Sequence record: SRR31156797_1009 | DNA length: 20,000 bases | Direction: 5' to 3' (one strand) | Part shown: positions 17,357 to 20,000 of the stretch, piece by piece | Layout of the letters: every line of letters starts with the position of its first letter | Position numbering within the stretch: the stretch's first letter is position 1 | Made by a program: the position numbers and the translations under genes | Notes under the pieces: generated by a model | What the model was told of the DNA's origin: nothing | Database searches by the model: none | The model's input: only the letters and a program-made list of their open reading frames with translations

Positions 17357-17799
17357 CAGCCAAAGACATCATGACTACGGAATGCATCACCTTGACCCCT
17401 GACACCGAAATTGCCATAGCAGCCAAAGCCTTGTTGGAAAACAAAATCAACGGCGCCCCCGTTATAGAAGACGGTGCGGTTGTGGGAGTACTTTGTCAGG
17501 CAGACTTAGTAGCGCAACAAAAAAAGATAACCTTGCCCTCCTTCTTCACGTTGCTCGATGGAGTTTTTCCGTTGTCGTCCCACGAAGAGTTGGAACGAGA
17601 AATGACAAAGATTTCAGCGACAAAAGTTGCCGAAGCCATGACACCGGCTCCCACATTCATCTCCCCGGAAACAAGCATTGAAGACATTGCCACCATGATG
17701 GCCAACGAGAAGCTGTACACCCTGCCAGTCATTGACAATGAAAAACTTGTTGGCGTTGTCGGCAAAGAAGATGTCCTCAAAACTCTTTTGAAAGCATAG
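17350..17799 (+). CDS. CBS domain pair protein
   Basis: Two CBS repeats (AKDIMT...INGAPVIEDGAVVGVL; VAEAMT...LPVIDNEKLVGVVGKEDVL). GAGGAG SD; start overlaps the nnr stop by 7 nt. Confidence 0.92.
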   Translation: MLTAKDIMTTECITLTPDTEIAIAAKALLENKINGAPVIEDGAVVGVLCQADLVAQQKKITLPSFFTLLDGVFPLSSHEELEREMTKISATKVAEAMTPAPTFISPETSIEDIATMMANEKLYTLPVIDNEKLVGVVGKEDVLKTLLKA

Positions 17800-17812
17800 T
17801 TCGGGAATTTAC

Positions 17813-18295
17813 ATGGATGTAAAAATCTACCTTCCTAACACGGAAGCGACCCTTGATTTGGGCATATTTTTGGCAAATTTTGTAAAAAAAGTCGCCAATC
17901 CGCCCTCATTACTCTTGCAAGGCGACCTCGGTTCAGGCAAAACCACGTTGGTCAGAGGATTTGTCGAGTCACTGCCAGACTCGGAAATGGCGGAAGTTTC
18001 CAGTCCGAGTTTCAATATATTCAACCTGTACCCTACGACGCCGCCCGTGGCACACTTCGATTTGTACAGATTGGAAGACATGCCTCCGGATGACGCCCTG
18101 TTTGAACAGTTGGAAGACCCGGAAACCATAACAATCATTGAATGGATCCAATTTCTTGACCGTAAACTCTGGCCCGAAGAGGCTCTATTTTTTCAATGGT
18201 CCCCTTCAAAAAACGGACGAAAGCTAACACTCAGCGCAATGGGTGAAACGGCAACCAAGATAGTTGAAGCCGTGGCACAAAGAGAACAGCAATAG
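17813..18295 (+). CDS. tsaE: tRNA threonylcarbamoyladenosine biosynthesis ATPase TsaE
   Basis: LQGDLGSGKTTLVRG (Walker A), VSSPSF, HFDLYRL and IIEW. Confidence 0.95.
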   Translation: MDVKIYLPNTEATLDLGIFLANFVKKVANPPSLLLQGDLGSGKTTLVRGFVESLPDSEMAEVSSPSFNIFNLYPTTPPVAHFDLYRLEDMPPDDALFEQLEDPETITIIEWIQFLDRKLWPEEALFFQWSPSKNGRKLTLSAMGETATKIVEAVAQREQQ

Positions 18296-18314
18296 AGACA
18301 AAGCAGAACGCATT

Positions 18315-19544
18315 ATGAACATCGTCGTACAAAAATTCGGCGGCACTTCGGTCCGCAACCTTGAATGTCAACGTCAGGTCATGCAAAAAGTCCTTCGTCC
18401 TTATCGAGAAGGAAACAAAGTCATCGTAGTTCTCTCGGCCATGTCCGGAGAAACCAACAGACTCCTCGACCTCGCTAAAGAATGGACAGACACTCCCGAC
18501 CCGGCAGAAGTTGACTCCCTCGTCTCGACTGGCGAACAGGTCTCAAGCGCACTCTTTGCAATGCTACTCAAACAACAAGGCGTCAAATGCCGCTCTGTCT
18601 TAGGCTTCCAGGCTCCTGTCAAAACCAACGGAGCCCATGGAAAAGCCCGCATCATGGACATTGATGAGCAAAAACTCAAGGCGATGCTTCAAGAGTACGA
18701 TGTGTTGGTCATGGCAGGATTTCAAGGATGTGACGACAATATGCGCATCACCACCCTTGGTCGTGGCGGCTCTGACACCTCGGCCGTGGCTCTCGCTGCC
18801 GCAATTGATGCGGATGTTTGCGAAATTTACACCGATGTGCCGGGAGTGTTCACCACTGACCCGAACATGTGCACGGATGCACGGAAAATCGACAAAATCG
18901 CCTATGATGAAATGTTGGAAATGGCCAGCATGGGCGCCAAGGTACTCCAGATCCGTTCCGTTGAATTTGCCAAAAAATATAATGTAACAGTTCATGTCCG
19001 CTCCACTTTTTCTGATGAGCCGGGCACTATAGTCACTCAGGAGGATGAAATCATGGAATCCGTTCTCGTTTCCGGAATCGCATACGATAAGGATCAGGCC
19101 CAGGTTACGCTGGTGCACGTCAAGGATAACCCCGGCGTGTCTGCACAAATTTTCTCCCCCTTGGCTGAACAGAAAATCCTTGTTGATATGATTGTCCAGA
19201 ACCCGAGTAAAGACGGTTTGACCGACATGACTTTCACCGTCCCACGTTCAGATGTGGATGCAACCCTTAAAACTCTTTCCAAACTCCAATATGAAATAGG
19301 TTACGAAGAGCTAACACATAATCTTAACGTCTCAAAAATCTCGATTATCGGCGTCGGCATGCGAAATCACTCTGGAGTTGCCTCACGGGCATTTCAGGCG
19401 CTTGCCGATGAGAACGTAAACATCCTGATGATCAGCACGTCCGAGATCAAGGTTACATGCCTGATCGACGATAAGTACACCGAACTGGCCGTACGCACAC
19501 TCCATAAAGCCTTCAGCTTGGAGGAAGGCAAACACATAGAGTAA
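18315..19544 (+). CDS. lysC: Aspartate kinase (monofunctional, two ACT domains), alpha chain, 409 aa
   Basis: MNIVVQKFGGTSV, VVLSAM, TTLGRGGSDTSA, YTDVPGVFTTDP and two ACT domains ending ISTSEIKV. Start reassigned to ATG at 18315. Confidence 0.96.
   Translation: MNIVVQKFGGTSVRNLECQRQVMQKVLRPYREGNKVIVVLSAMSGETNRLLDLAKEWTDTPDPAEVDSLVSTGEQVSSALFAMLLKQQGVKCRSVLGFQAPVKTNGAHGKARIMDIDEQKLKAMLQEYDVLVMAGFQGCDDNMRITTLGRGGSDTSAVALAAAIDADVCEIYTDVPGVFTTDPNMCTDARKIDKIAYDEMLEMASMGAKVLQIRSVEFAKKYNVTVHVRSTFSDEPGTIVTQEDEIMESVLVSGIAYDKDQAQVTLVHVKDNPGVSAQIFSPLAEQKILVDMIVQNPSKDGLTDMTFTVPRSDVDATLKTLSKLQYEIGYEELTHNLNVSKISIIGVGMRNHSGVASRAFQALADENVNILMISTSEIKVTCLIDDKYTELAVRTLHKAFSLEEGKHIE
19053..19544 (+). CDS. lysC: Predicted aspartate kinase beta subunit (in-frame internal start, 163 aa)
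   Basis: AGGAGG at 19039-19044 lies 8 nt before an in-frame ATG (Met247) at the boundary between the kinase and ACT domains. Confidence 0.7.
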   Translation: MESVLVSGIAYDKDQAQVTLVHVKDNPGVSAQIFSPLAEQKILVDMIVQNPSKDGLTDMTFTVPRSDVDATLKTLSKLQYEIGYEELTHNLNVSKISIIGVGMRNHSGVASRAFQALADENVNILMISTSEIKVTCLIDDKYTELAVRTLHKAFSLEEGKHIE

Positions 19545-19547
19545 TCA

Positions 19548-20000
19548 ATGAGACACGTTACTATTTATGACACGACTTTACGCGATGGAGCACAGGCAGA
19601 AGAACTGAATTTCACTTCTCAGGACAAAGTCCGCATTGCCCACAAGCTGGACGACTTGGGAATACATTATATTGAAGGGGGTTGGCCCGGAGCCAACCCT
19701 ACAGATCAACGATTCTTTGATAAAATCAAAGGACACACCTTTACCAATGCCAAACTGGCGGCATTTGGCTCGACACACTTTGCCAAAACAACCCCGGAGA
19801 ATGACCCCAACCTCGCGGGATTATTGGCCGCAAATACATCGGTCATCACCATTTTCGGGAAGTCCTGGGATCTGCACGCGACAACGGCGCTTGGTATTCC
19901 ACTGGAACGCAATCTCGAACTGATCGCTAACAGCGTCCGCTATCTGAATGAACGCGTGGATGAAGTTATTTTTGATGCCGAACACTTCTTTGACGGCTTT
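19548..20000 (+). CDS. cimA: Citramalate synthase (LeuA/CimA DRE-TIM family), 5' part, truncated by the window end; not in the ORF track
   Basis: Manual translation is open for 151 codons: MRHVTIYDTTLRDGAQAEE...YIEGGWPGANP...AAFGST...FGKSWDLH...FDAEHFFDGF. The EGGWPG, GKSWDLH and DAEHFFDG motifs mark the bacterial CimA subgroup. Confidence 0.88.
   Translation, partial: MRHVTIYDTTLRDGAQAEELNFTSQDKVRIAHKLDDLGIHYIEGGWPGANPTDQRFFDKIKGHTFTNAKLAAFGSTHFAKTTPENDPNLAGLLAANTSVITIFGKSWDLHATTALGIPLERNLELIANSVRYLNERVDEVIFDAEHFFDGF

Noticed and set aside
1..20000. Search for CRISPR arrays, tRNA/rRNA, IS/integrase, toxin-antitoxin or defence genes, frameshifts and in-frame stop recoding
   Set aside because: None was seen by eye. 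All recognised genes appear intact and of normal length, and the intergenic gaps are short. A covariance-model (Rfam) scan of 12527-12837 and 14496-14675 would be needed to exclude small RNAs.

Overview
Conserved housekeeping (core-genome) region of a sulfate-reducing deltaproteobacterium, most likely Desulfovibrionaceae. This taxonomic call is inferred from gene content and order, not from a search. From left to right: a truncated membrane-protein gene divergent from a Cys-free Crp/Fnr (HcpR/DNR-like) regulator; a long minus-strand block (cheW, mfd, two SurA/PpiC-type chaperones, rodZ-like, recO, glyQ, glyS, rpsT); a small acidic orphan ORF; ugd; and a plus-strand operon pdxJ-acpS-nnr-CBS-tsaE-lysC-cimA (cimA truncated). 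I see no mobile element, CRISPR array, RNA gene or defence system, and no convincing novel multi-gene system. The signals most worth following up are small in scale: an in-frame internal start in lysC (alpha/beta aspartokinase), a Crp/Fnr box in class-II geometry beside its probable regulator, a Rex/CRP-like palindrome upstream of an orphan cheW, a sigma54-type -24/-12 element inside the chaperone-rodZ-recO-glyQS operon, and a stand-alone 76-aa acidic protein.
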